A stretch of 64,000 nucleotides of DNA, from the NCBI GenBank assembly GCA_964345045.1, contig CAYFPM010000003.1, positions 70,038 to 134,037 on the forward strand, written 5' to 3'. This stretch comes from an uncultured Gammaproteobacteria bacterium. GTDB taxonomy: Bacteria; Patescibacteriota; Patescibacteriia; Magasanikbacterales; UBA922. Both the position numbers and the translations under genes were made by a program. A model generated the notes under the pieces. It was given only the letters and a program-made list of their open reading frames with translations. It was not told where the DNA came from and made no database searches. Of the stretch, positions 40,561 to 48,775 are shown one piece after another (the first letter of the stretch is position 1; the number at the start of each line of letters is the position of its first letter).

Positions 40561-41991
40561 TTAATTTTCTAAATTATTTTCTTCTACAACAGTATCTTCC
40601 ATTTCTTCTTTTACCTCGTCAAAGCTCGCCTCAGGACGAGCGTCGACGGGTTCCTCTTTATTTTCTAGATTTTCAATTTCTTCTACTACTTTGGCAGCAT
40701 CGTTTACTACTTGTTTTACTTCTACTACCAATTCTTTAACTGTCTTTTTTACCTCTGCTAATTCTTGTACCTTTTGCAAAGCACCTTCTAGATCATCATT
40801 TTCTATTAAGCTATCCACTTCTACCAAAGTTTCACCAGCCTTTTTAGTAGCTTCTACTGTTGTTTCTCCTACTTCGTCTACAGTTTCTTTTACAGTCTTT
40901 TCTTTATCATTATTCTTAATTTCCTCTTCATTTATATTTTCTTCTACATTATTTTCTTCTGGTTCTTCGGAAGAATTCTCTTCTACAACTTCTTCGGTTA
41001 CTTCTTCTGTTTCAGCTTCTTTTACTACTTTGGCTACCGGAATTGTACTAAGAGTAGAACTGGAAGAAACCAAAATTCCTGTTTCTTCTAGTTCTGTATC
41101 CAAGGCTTCTATTTCGGATACGATTCTATCTATTCTTTTTTCTATTTTTTCTTTTACTTCTTCTTTGTTTACACCAGCTTCAGCATCTTCTTTCTTTTTT
41201 ACCAATACTTCTACGGCTTTTACACCGGTGTCTTGGATCAAGTTTTCTACTTCTCCCACTTCTTTGGTCAAATCTTTTGATTCTTGTTCTTCTTCTGCTA
41301 TTTCTTCTAGGTTTTCTGTTTCTTCATCACCAGCTTCTGTTTCCTTTTCCAATTCTGTAGGTTCGATAATATCTTTTTTCTCTCCCAAAGCTAGTAATAT
41401 CTCTTCTGTTTTTTCTTCTACTACTTTGGCTATGGCTACAGCTTGTTTTGGAGATTTTGATTCTGTTTTTTCCAAACTTTTGTTAGCAGATTCTATTTTC
41501 TTTTTCAAAGACTTTATAGAAGCAGCGGCTTGTTTGGTATTTGTAGCTTTTTTAAATTCTTCTACTTTTACAGCTGCATGTTTTAGATTGGTGGCAGCCT
41601 TTCCTTCTTCCGAACCAATTACAGTAGCTACCAAAAGTTCTGTGGTTTCGGCTGCTAATTTTACACCATATAGAGCTTCTCCAGGCAAACTATCTTGTGA
41701 AGCGCTAACACTAGCAATCCAACCTCCTACAGCCACAATTCCTACCAAAAATACTGTTAGACTAAATCTAGTTGCCAAAAGTAATTTGTTTGGAACAAAA
41801 ATGTGTAAAATTCCTGAAAGACTTTCCAATAAACCATTTGCACTAAAAGAGGTTTTTTCTTTTGTTTCTTGTGAAGTTGTGATTGTGCTTAACAATTGTT
41901 TTTTGTTTTCCAAAACCCAAGAAGGATCAGGGTTTACCTGACTTTTTGATTCTCTAATTGCTTTTAGTTGTGCAGCGAGTTCTTTACTCAT
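40561..41991 (-). CDS. Putative anti-sigma factor. It has a single TM and a DUF5667-like extracytoplasmic domain with an acidic, Glu-rich C-terminus.
   Basis: It lies immediately downstream of the ECF sigma gene with an 8-nt overlap. The TM is RFSLTVFLVGIVAVGGWIASV. The C-terminus is E/K-rich, repetitive and predicted coiled-coil. Confidence 0.6.
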   Translation of the reverse strand: MSKELAAQLKAIRESKSQVNPDPSWVLENKKQLLSTITTSQETKEKTSFSANGLLESLSGILHIFVPNKLLLATRFSLTVFLVGIVAVGGWIASVSASQDSLPGEALYGVKLAAETTELLVATVIGSEEGKAATNLKHAAVKVEEFKKATNTKQAAASIKSLKKKIESANKSLEKTESKSPKQAVAIAKVVEEKTEEILLALGEKKDIIEPTELEKETEAGDEETENLEEIAEEEQESKDLTKEVGEVENLIQDTGVKAVEVLVKKKEDAEAGVNKEEVKEKIEKRIDRIVSEIEALDTELEETGILVSSSSTLSTIPVAKVVKEAETEEVTEEVVEENSSEEPEENNVEENINEEEIKNNDKEKTVKETVDEVGETTVEATKKAGETLVEVDSLIENDDLEGALQKVQELAEVKKTVKELVVEVKQVVNDAAKVVEEIENLENKEEPVDARPEASFDEVKEEMEDTVVEENNLEN

Positions 41992-42541
41992 ATTTATCTT
42001 CCAAAAGTTCTTTTAACTTATTTATAGCTCTATGTAGTGTTACACGCACACTACTGGCTTTTTTATCCAGAACTTCGGCGATTTCTTTGGTACTAAGACC
42101 TTCTACATGTCTTAGATGAATAACATCTTGGTATTCTTGTTTTAAAGATTTTATAGTTTCTAATAACTGCTCGGCATCCTGACTAACTGCAGTCTCGTGA
42201 TGTAAATCGGTTTTTGAATTTATTCCAACCGCTTCTTCTATTGGCAGCTCTTTTCTTTTGGCTCTGTCTCTGTAAACATCTACAATCTTGTTGCGAGCGA
42301 TAGCGTAAACCAAGGCTCTAAAGCTTTTTATCTCTATATCCTTATTCTTGGTTAAATAATCCCAAGCTTTTAGAAAAACCTCACTAGTGACATCCTCGGC
42401 CTCTTCTTTGTTGGATATTTTGAAATAAACGAACCTATATATTGGTTCTACGTATTTGTCGTACAAAACAGCATAAGATTCGGCATCTTTGTTGTTGCGA
42501 ACCTTGTACAAGAACAATTTTTCTTTAATATTGCTGTTCAT
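41984..42541 (-). CDS. RNA polymerase sigma-70 factor, ECF subfamily.
   Basis: Region 2 reads YVEPIYRFVYFKISNKEEAEDVTSEVFLKAW and region 4 reads LSTKEIAEVLDKKASSVRVTLHRAINKL. I chose the start at the ATG (MNSNIKE) rather than the upstream TTG. Confidence 0.85.
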   Translation of the reverse strand: MNSNIKEKLFLYKVRNNKDAESYAVLYDKYVEPIYRFVYFKISNKEEAEDVTSEVFLKAWDYLTKNKDIEIKSFRALVYAIARNKIVDVYRDRAKRKELPIEEAVGINSKTDLHHETAVSQDAEQLLETIKSLKQEYQDVIHLRHVEGLSTKEIAEVLDKKASSVRVTLHRAINKLKELLEDKYE

Positions 42542-42908
42542 AAGAGTAGACGAGAAAATAGGAAAAGTGTTACACCTAAATATCAAAATGCCTATAACGG
42601 CGCTTATTATACATTATTATTATATGTTTGAAAACGTACCTTATCAGGACAAATTCAGTCTTTGTTCCAACTTTTTTACTTCTTTTTATCAAATTTTAGA
42701 ACGGCATATTTATACCAAATTATCTACAAAAAGTCAACCCCAACGACCACCTTTTGTATAGACTATTGTATACAAATACAGGAATTTTTAGTCTTTTTTA
42801 GTAGAAATTTAGAGCCAAAAACAATTCTAAAAACTTAATTTTTTAAATTTTTGAATACCAAAATTATTCTCTATAAATGTTTTTTGCCAAAATATTAGAC
42901 AAAAAATC

Positions 42909-42937
42909 TTGACAAAATCGCTTAAAAATGATAAATT
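42909..42937 (+). promoter_or_regulatory. Sigma70-like promoter: TTGACA, a 17-nt spacer, then TAAATT. It lies upstream of the HTH gene.
   Basis: cTTGACAaaatcgcttaaaaatgaTAAATT. TATAAT also appears a few nt downstream. Confidence 0.45.
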
Positions 42938-42971
42938 GTATACACTATAATATACAAAAACAGTCAAAAAT

Positions 42972-43283
42972 ATGACTGAGGAACACAAAGAAATAGTCCG
43001 AATCTCCATTTCAGAAGCAGCTCGATTGTTTGGGGTAAATGCCCAAACTATTCGTAGAGCTATCAAAAATGGTGAAGTGACCTACGTAGTAGTGGCTGGC
43101 CGATACAAGCTTAATTTTGAAAGCGTTTTGAAATGGTCTCAGAAAAAAACCACTGTCAAAAACAAAACAAATAGATATGGAATTGGCCAATATGTAGACA
43201 AATGGAAAATATCCAATACTCTCTACTCGCCAAACAAAAAAAGCGTCCGGCCTGTGGACGAAAACGAAACAGACAAACAATAA
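42972..43283 (+). CDS. Excisionase-family (HTH_17-like) helix-turn-helix DNA-binding protein.
   Basis: ISISEAARLFGVNAQTIRRAIKNGEV is a typical excisionase/MerR-type HTH. The protein is 103 aa. Confidence 0.7.
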   Translation: MTEEHKEIVRISISEAARLFGVNAQTIRRAIKNGEVTYVVVAGRYKLNFESVLKWSQKKTTVKNKTNRYGIGQYVDKWKISNTLYSPNKKSVRPVDENETDKQ

Positions 43284-43320
43284 ACCCCGATATAAATCGG
43301 GGTTTTGTTTTTGTTATTTT
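43283..43320 (+). terminator. Intrinsic terminator.
   Basis: AACCCCGATataaATCGGGGTTttgtttttgttatttt. Confidence 0.7.
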
Positions 43321-43328
43321 GGAATGAA

Positions 43329-43377
43329 GGTTGGCCCGCGTCCTGCTACAGCCGAAGCTGGAGGACGCGAGCCAACC
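43329..43377 (-). terminator. GC-rich 15-bp inverted repeat. It is a probable terminator or boundary hairpin for the foreign small gene.
   Basis: GGTTGGCCCGCGTCC, then 19 nt, then GGACGCGAGCCAACC. It lies directly 3' (minus strand) of 43395..43703. No clean U-run is present. Confidence 0.4.
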
Positions 43378-43394
43378 TATGGCCGCGAGGAGTA

Positions 43395-43703
43395 CTAGCT
43401 ACCCTCGATCTCGAGGTGGCCGGCACGAGTGTTGGCGTTGTAGAAGCACTGCATCGACATCTCGTTCTGGCCCACCCGCAGGTAGCCCTTGATACAGAAC
43501 ATGCCCGGCGAGCCCGACTCGTACTCGAGTCCGGTAACCCTCACCTGCAGCTCCCGCACGCTGGCTCCGGACGCCATTGGTATGGCGTGGAACGTGAGCA
43601 GCCAGGGCCGCTCCGTGTCGTCGAAAGCCCGAGTGAACGCGTTGATCACGTCCGGGGCACTGGGGTTCTTGCAAGTCTCCTGGATATCGTAGCGAGTGGT
43701 CAT
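43395..43703 (-). CDS. Hypothetical 102-aa protein encoded by a compositionally foreign gene (about 60% G+C by eye).
   Basis: A strong GAGGAGGG Shine-Dalgarno lies 5 nt upstream of the ATG at 43703. The sequence is not low-complexity. The two overlapping longer ORFs are treated as GC shadow frames. Confidence 0.6.
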   Translation of the reverse strand: MTTRYDIQETCKNPSAPDVINAFTRAFDDTERPWLLTFHAIPMASGASVRELQVRVTGLEYESGSPGMFCIKGYLRVGQNEMSMQCFYNANTRAGHLEIEGS

Positions 43704-43756
43704 AAGACCCTCCTCTGTGGCTGTTTTCAAATAGCTGGTGCCACATAACCAGACCA

Positions 43757-43790
43757 AAAAAAATATCACAAAAAAACTCCCCTGTCAAGA
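43757..43790 (-). promoter_or_regulatory. Putative sigma70-like promoter for the 43395..43703 gene.
   Basis: The minus strand reads cTTGACAggggagtttttttgtgaTATTTT, about 55 nt upstream of the SD and ATG. Confidence 0.3.
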
Positions 43791-43881
43791 GGTTTATCCC
43801 AAATTTTGTTATATTAATTCATCCTCCCTCTCAGCACTTGTTTCTACAGGCAAAAAAAAGTATAATTGCCACACATAAACT

Positions 43882-45717
43882 ATGAAATTTTTTGAAAAAC
43901 ACGCCAACAAACACCATCTAATCCATGCCCCACACAAGTGGTTTCTGGCATTTTTAGTCTCCCCTATTCACTACGCAGAGATGCGTTACAAAAAACACTA
44001 TCATCTCAACTTTGCTCACGCCAAAAAATTATTTATTTTCGATAGCTTACTTTTGTTATCTACCTTAATTCTAATATTTGCCACTGTTTTTTGGTTTACT
44101 TTTGATCCGACTGTTACCGACTATATAGAATTAAAAATAAGCGCCAATGGAGAAAGAATCGAAAGTGGAGACAAAATAGATTTCAAAATTAATTTTGAAA
44201 ATAATAGTGACATCGCTATCGAAAATGTAGATTTGCTATTAGAACTACCAGCAAATTTTGTAGCCGAAGAATCATCAAAAGAACCCAGCCAAGACGGAGG
44301 CTTTACCAAGTACGATTTACCAAATATCCTACCCGGACAAAAAGGAAATATAGAGTTAACCGGCCGATATTATCACACCCCAAACAATGAAACAGAATTT
44401 CTAGCGAGACTCTTTTACAAACAAGCAGATAGACAAAGTATCGAACAAAAACTAGAAAAAATAATCTTAGTCTCGAGAGATTCCAAACTAAAAATTGATT
44501 CAAATTTACCGGACAAATTATTGGGTACTGGACAAAAAAATGTCACTCTAATTCTTGAAAACCAAGGTGATCTAGAATTAAACAATATAATAATTCCTTT
44601 GAATCTAACTGCCGGTGTAGAACTAAAGCAACAGACAGAAGAAAATACAAAGGAAATTAAATTGGAAAAACTTTCTCCAGGAGAAATAGTAGAATTGGAT
44701 CTGAATCTAGAAACTAATCTACCAAAAAGCAAAGATCAACTGGAAATCACTGTAAATCCTAGTATAGAAGTATTGGGAGAGAACATCGCCCAAAAATCAC
44801 TAACCAAAAATATAGAATTGGTTCATCCCGAAGCGAGTATTACGGCCTCTTGGAAAAAAGAAAATCAAAATATAAGTCCAGGAGAACAAATTCTATTAAA
44901 TATAAATGTAGAAAACAGAAGTAATGTAAACCTCCAAAATATAGAAATTTTGCTTCCAGTCCCAACTAGTCTGGTAGACGCATTTGGCTTGCAACGAAAC
45001 AATCCTGGTAAGTTACAAAACAATACCTTTGTCTTAAACAAAAATTATTACAAATCGCTAGAGAGTTTAACCGCTGGAAGCTCTACTAATATTGAATTAA
45101 ATATTCCTATAAGAAAAAAAATTACTGCCGGAACCAATGTACAACTTAGCTTATCACCACAGTTAATTGCCGAGATAGAAGGTATACCAGAAGCTAAATA
45201 TAAAAATAATTTTACTTCTAGCAACTTATCTATTGGGACTAATCTATCTATCGATTCTGAATTACGCTACTACACCGATGACTCTGATCAACTTGGTAGA
45301 GGCCCACTACCACCACAAGTTGGAAAAGAAACCAAATACTGGGTGATTTCTAATTTGCAAAATTCCACCAGCCATATTAGTAATCTGAAATTAGAAGCCA
45401 AACTGTCGCCAAAAGCCAAATGGACCGGTAAAAACAGCGTTAGTCATGGCAATGCAGCAGTATACAATGCAAATACTAGAACAGTCACTTGGTCTGTAGA
45501 ACAACTTTTTGCTCACGAAGCTGCCGGTGTTTATTTTGAAATTGGTTTTACCCCCGAGGCTAGCGATATTGGCCAAACCCCAAAACTGATAGAATCTATA
45601 AAAATATCTGCCTACGATGATTTTATAAAAGAAAATTTACAAAAATCTACTGCTAGTTTGGATACTTCTTTACCAAAAGATTCTATTGCCCAAAACAAAG
45701 GAGTGATTGTAAGATGA
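43882..45717 (+). CDS. Membrane-anchored extracellular protein with repeated beta-sandwich (DUF11/CARDB-like) modules.
   Basis: The N-terminus is His-rich and followed by a TM (LLLLSTLILIFATVFWFTF). Modules recur with the patterns IENVDLLLELPANF, NIIIPLNLTAGVEL and NIEILLPVPTSLV. Confidence 0.75.
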   Translation: MKFFEKHANKHHLIHAPHKWFLAFLVSPIHYAEMRYKKHYHLNFAHAKKLFIFDSLLLLSTLILIFATVFWFTFDPTVTDYIELKISANGERIESGDKIDFKINFENNSDIAIENVDLLLELPANFVAEESSKEPSQDGGFTKYDLPNILPGQKGNIELTGRYYHTPNNETEFLARLFYKQADRQSIEQKLEKIILVSRDSKLKIDSNLPDKLLGTGQKNVTLILENQGDLELNNIIIPLNLTAGVELKQQTEENTKEIKLEKLSPGEIVELDLNLETNLPKSKDQLEITVNPSIEVLGENIAQKSLTKNIELVHPEASITASWKKENQNISPGEQILLNINVENRSNVNLQNIEILLPVPTSLVDAFGLQRNNPGKLQNNTFVLNKNYYKSLESLTAGSSTNIELNIPIRKKITAGTNVQLSLSPQLIAEIEGIPEAKYKNNFTSSNLSIGTNLSIDSELRYYTDDSDQLGRGPLPPQVGKETKYWVISNLQNSTSHISNLKLEAKLSPKAKWTGKNSVSHGNAAVYNANTRTVTWSVEQLFAHEAAGVYFEIGFTPEASDIGQTPKLIESIKISAYDDFIKENLQKSTASLDTSLPKDSIAQNKGVIVR

Positions 45718-45720
45718 TAT

Positions 45721-45805
45721 AAGCAGATTAAGCAGAGTATGAATTAAGCAAACACTACCTTGCTTACTCTGCCTAATCTGCTTATTGCTTATTCTGCTTA
45801 TTTTT
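45721..45805 (+). terminator. Long hairpin terminator.
   Basis: AAGCAGATTAAGCAGAGTA...TACTCTGCCTAATCTGCTT is a 19-bp stem with 1 mismatch. It is followed by attgcttattctgcttattttt. Confidence 0.6.
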
Positions 45806-45826
45806 AGTCTTAATTCTACAAAATAC

Positions 45827-47320
45827 ATGCTTAACAAATACAAATTAGAACTAATTGTTTTTACTACCGGAGCCTGCGTTATGATTATGGAGTTAGTAGG
45901 TTCTAGAGTTTTGGCTCCTTATTTGGGGACATCTATTGTAGTGTGGACCAGTATTATTGGTATAATTTTGGCTTGTCTTAGTTTGGGATATTGGTATGGA
46001 GGCAAACTAGCCGACCAAAAACCAAATTGGCAAAGTTTTGCTACAGTTATTTTTCTTTCCGCTATATATATTGGACTAGTCGGATTTCTAAAAGAATGGG
46101 TTTTGGGACTTATCCAAGTTTTTACTTCAGATCTTAGAATTGGTTCTTTTTTGGCTACTATTATCTTGTTTGCTCCTCCCAGTGTTTTGCTAGGGATGGT
46201 ATCTCCTTATGCTGTAAAATTAAAATTAAAAGATTTACAAAGCTCTGGTTCCACCGTGGGAGAACTTTATGCTATGTCTACTTTGGGTAGTATTGTTGGT
46301 ACATTTGTCACCGGTTTTGTACTAGTAGGTCATATTGGCAATACCAAAATACTTTTTCTTTTATCTATAATTTTAATTTTGATTTCTATTTATTCTGCCC
46401 CCAAGGATGTTATTAATTTTAAAAAAATTACTACATTTTTGTTTTCTATTTCTTTTGCTTTTTCTGGGAGTATAGATGCCTTTGCTATTGGCAAAGATAT
46501 AATTGCTATAGATACTCAATATTCTCATATTCGAGTAGAAGAGACTACTTATCACAAAAACGAAAGACCGATCAAATCCATGCGAACGGATCCATTTGTA
46601 GTTCAATCTGCCATTTATACAGATGGAGACGATGATTTGGTTTTTGATTACACCAAATTTTATCGCCTAGCAGATCATTTTGTACCGAACCCAAATAGAG
46701 TTTTACTTATCGGCGGAGCGGCTTACACTTTTCCAAGAGACTTTGTAAAACGTCATCCAAACTCGGTGATCAATGTAGTAGAAATTGATCCGGGTATGAC
46801 AGCGGTAGCCAAAGAACATTTTGGACTAGAAGAAGATAATAGAATTAATTCTATCCACGAAGACGCCAGAACTCTTTTAAACAGAACCGCCGGTGGTTAT
46901 GACACTATCTATGTAGATGCCTATCACAATATTTTTTCTGTTCCTTATCAATTAACTACCCAAGAAGCTGTAGCAAGTATGGAAAGAGCTTTGAACCAAA
47001 ATGGTATAGTAATGGCCAATTTGATCTCGGCTCTAAAAGGACCTAAATCAAAATTTTTGGCTAGCGAAATGGCTACTTACAAATCTGTATTTAAAAATGT
47101 CCATCTCTTTCGAGCCAGTCCAGAAAGAGAGTTAGATGAACCCCAAAATGTAATTTTGCTAGCTTCTAATGGAGACAATGTAAACAATTTTGAATCAGAA
47201 GATGAAACTTTTAACCGATATTTGTCTTCTATTTGGAAAGAGAGCCTAGACGAAGAAGCTATTATCCTAACAGATGATTTTGCCCCGGTAGATCAATTTG
47301 TCCTAAATTTTATGGATTAG
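45827..47320 (+). CDS. Fusion protein: an N-terminal polytopic membrane domain and a C-terminal spermidine/spermine synthase-like aminopropyltransferase domain.
   Basis: VLLIGGAAYTFPRDFVKRHPNSVINVVEIDPGMTAVAKEHFGL...IYVDAYHN matches the spermidine synthase fold. The first roughly 200 aa contain 6 or more TM helices. The start is taken at MLNKYK, since the upstream ORF-track start overlaps the terminator. Confidence 0.8.
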   Translation: MLNKYKLELIVFTTGACVMIMELVGSRVLAPYLGTSIVVWTSIIGIILACLSLGYWYGGKLADQKPNWQSFATVIFLSAIYIGLVGFLKEWVLGLIQVFTSDLRIGSFLATIILFAPPSVLLGMVSPYAVKLKLKDLQSSGSTVGELYAMSTLGSIVGTFVTGFVLVGHIGNTKILFLLSIILILISIYSAPKDVINFKKITTFLFSISFAFSGSIDAFAIGKDIIAIDTQYSHIRVEETTYHKNERPIKSMRTDPFVVQSAIYTDGDDDLVFDYTKFYRLADHFVPNPNRVLLIGGAAYTFPRDFVKRHPNSVINVVEIDPGMTAVAKEHFGLEEDNRINSIHEDARTLLNRTAGGYDTIYVDAYHNIFSVPYQLTTQEAVASMERALNQNGIVMANLISALKGPKSKFLASEMATYKSVFKNVHLFRASPERELDEPQNVILLASNGDNVNNFESEDETFNRYLSSIWKESLDEEAIILTDDFAPVDQFVLNFMD

Positions 47321-47337
47321 ACCAACCAAAAACACCT

Positions 47338-47368
47338 CAAAAAACCGCTAAAATAAGCGGTTTTTTCT
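47338..47368 (+). terminator. Intrinsic terminator.
   Basis: aaaACCGCTaaaataAGCGGTtttttc. Confidence 0.65.
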
Positions 47369-47405
47369 TATATTAGTTTTTAATCAAAAGTAGCCCTTTT
47401 AGACC

Positions 47406-47434
47406 TTGACAAATCCTCTAAAATATGGTATATT
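47406..47434 (+). promoter_or_regulatory. Near-consensus sigma70-like promoter: TTGACA, a 17-nt spacer, then TATATT.
   Basis: cTTGACAaatcctctaaaatatggTATATT lies about 85 nt upstream of the GT4 gene start. Confidence 0.5.
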
Positions 47435-47520
47435 TTTATGTTATTTTAGTGCCATATTCTTGGCTAAAAATAGACTAATTTTGCTATAAATTTAGATAAA
47501 ATACAAACCTTAATTAATAT

Positions 47521-48684
47521 ATGAAAATCGCCATGATCGGACAAAAAGGTCTGCCTGCCAAATTTGGTGGAGTAGAAAGACATGTGCACGATCTATCGAC
47601 AATCTTGGTAGAGCGCGGTTTTCAGGTATCTGCATATTCTAGACCTTGGTATGCAAAAAAAAGCAAACCAAGCCAAATAGATGGAGTTGATCTGGTATAC
47701 CTACCAAGTCTTCATTCCAAACACTTGGATACTATCTCTCACACTTTTTTGGCCACTCTTCATGCTATAAAAAGTAATGTAGATGTAATCCACTATCACG
47801 GAGTAGGCCCTTCTTTGTGGTCTTTTATCCCAAAGATATTTTCTCCTAGAACCAAAGTCATTGCCACTTTTCACTCTATTGATCGTAAACACGAAAAGTG
47901 GGGTCTTTTTGCCAAGCTAGTTTTGCTATTGGGCGAATGGGCTACTTGTAAAATTCCAGATCAAACCATCTCTGTATCGAATACTATCAAACAGTATGTT
48001 AGAGATGTTTATGATTGTGAAGCAATCTATATCCCAAATGCAGTTCCAAATTACAAGAGAACCAAAGATACTTCTTACATTAAAAAATGGGATCTAACTA
48101 CTAATTCTTATGTAGTTATGATCAGCAGGCTAATCCCTCACAAAGGGGCGCACTACTTGGTAGAGGCCTACAATTCTCTAACCAAAACCAATCCCAAACT
48201 AGCAGAAAAAAACAAACTAGTAATTGTTGGTGGAGGTCACTACACAGATAATTATGTAGAAAAACTAAGAAAAATGGCAAAGAAAAATCCAAATATTATT
48301 TTTACTGGTTTTCAAACAGACTCCGAGCTAAGACAGCTATATTCTCATGCCAAACTATTTGTACATCCATCCGACAAAGAAGGGATGCCTATTTCTGTGC
48401 TAGAAGCTATGAGTTATGGATTGCCTACTCTACTTTCGGATATTCCAGAGCACATAGAGTTTGTAAAAAATTCTGAGTATCTATTTTCTCATGGTCAAAG
48501 CAAATCTTTGAAAGATCAACTTGTGAAACTATTGCAAAAGAAAAATATAGAACTTAAAGAGCACGGAAAAACTAACAAACAACTAATTGAATCCGAGTAC
48601 CAGTGGGACAATATAATCGATAAAACTATTGATGTTTACCATATCCCCAAAGGAAAAGTAGAAGTAAAAATAGTAAACGCCTAA
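47521..48684 (+). CDS. Glycosyltransferase family 4.
   Basis: MKIAMIGQKGLPAKFGGVERHVHDL and EGMPISVLEAMSYGLPTLLSDIPEH are present. Confidence 0.85.
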   Translation: MKIAMIGQKGLPAKFGGVERHVHDLSTILVERGFQVSAYSRPWYAKKSKPSQIDGVDLVYLPSLHSKHLDTISHTFLATLHAIKSNVDVIHYHGVGPSLWSFIPKIFSPRTKVIATFHSIDRKHEKWGLFAKLVLLLGEWATCKIPDQTISVSNTIKQYVRDVYDCEAIYIPNAVPNYKRTKDTSYIKKWDLTTNSYVVMISRLIPHKGAHYLVEAYNSLTKTNPKLAEKNKLVIVGGGHYTDNYVEKLRKMAKKNPNIIFTGFQTDSELRQLYSHAKLFVHPSDKEGMPISVLEAMSYGLPTLLSDIPEHIEFVKNSEYLFSHGQSKSLKDQLVKLLQKKNIELKEHGKTNKQLIESEYQWDNIIDKTIDVYHIPKGKVEVKIVNA

Positions 48685-48713
48685 AAAACCTCCGCATTAA
48701 CGGAGGTTTTTTG
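48683..48713. terminator. Bidirectional intrinsic terminator.
   Basis: aaaaaaCCTCCGcattaaCGGAGGtttttt. Confidence 0.7.
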
Positions 48714-48775
48714 ATACAAATTATTTGATCAAACTACCCACTACTCCCTACTCACTATACCCTAGTCCCTACTAT

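Noticed and set aside
40691-41941. A 416-aa + strand ORF that is rich in Ser, Thr and Phe.
   Set aside because: It is the antisense of the Glu/Lys-rich anti-sigma gene. It has low complexity and no Shine-Dalgarno. The minus-strand gene is translationally coupled to the ECF sigma.
43305-43788. Two longer alternative ORFs in the 43.4 kb high-GC island, 147 aa on the + strand and 129 aa on the minus strand.
   Set aside because: They are GC-shadow frames, Arg/Gly/His-rich. Only the 43395..43703 minus-strand frame has a strong Shine-Dalgarno and protein-like composition.
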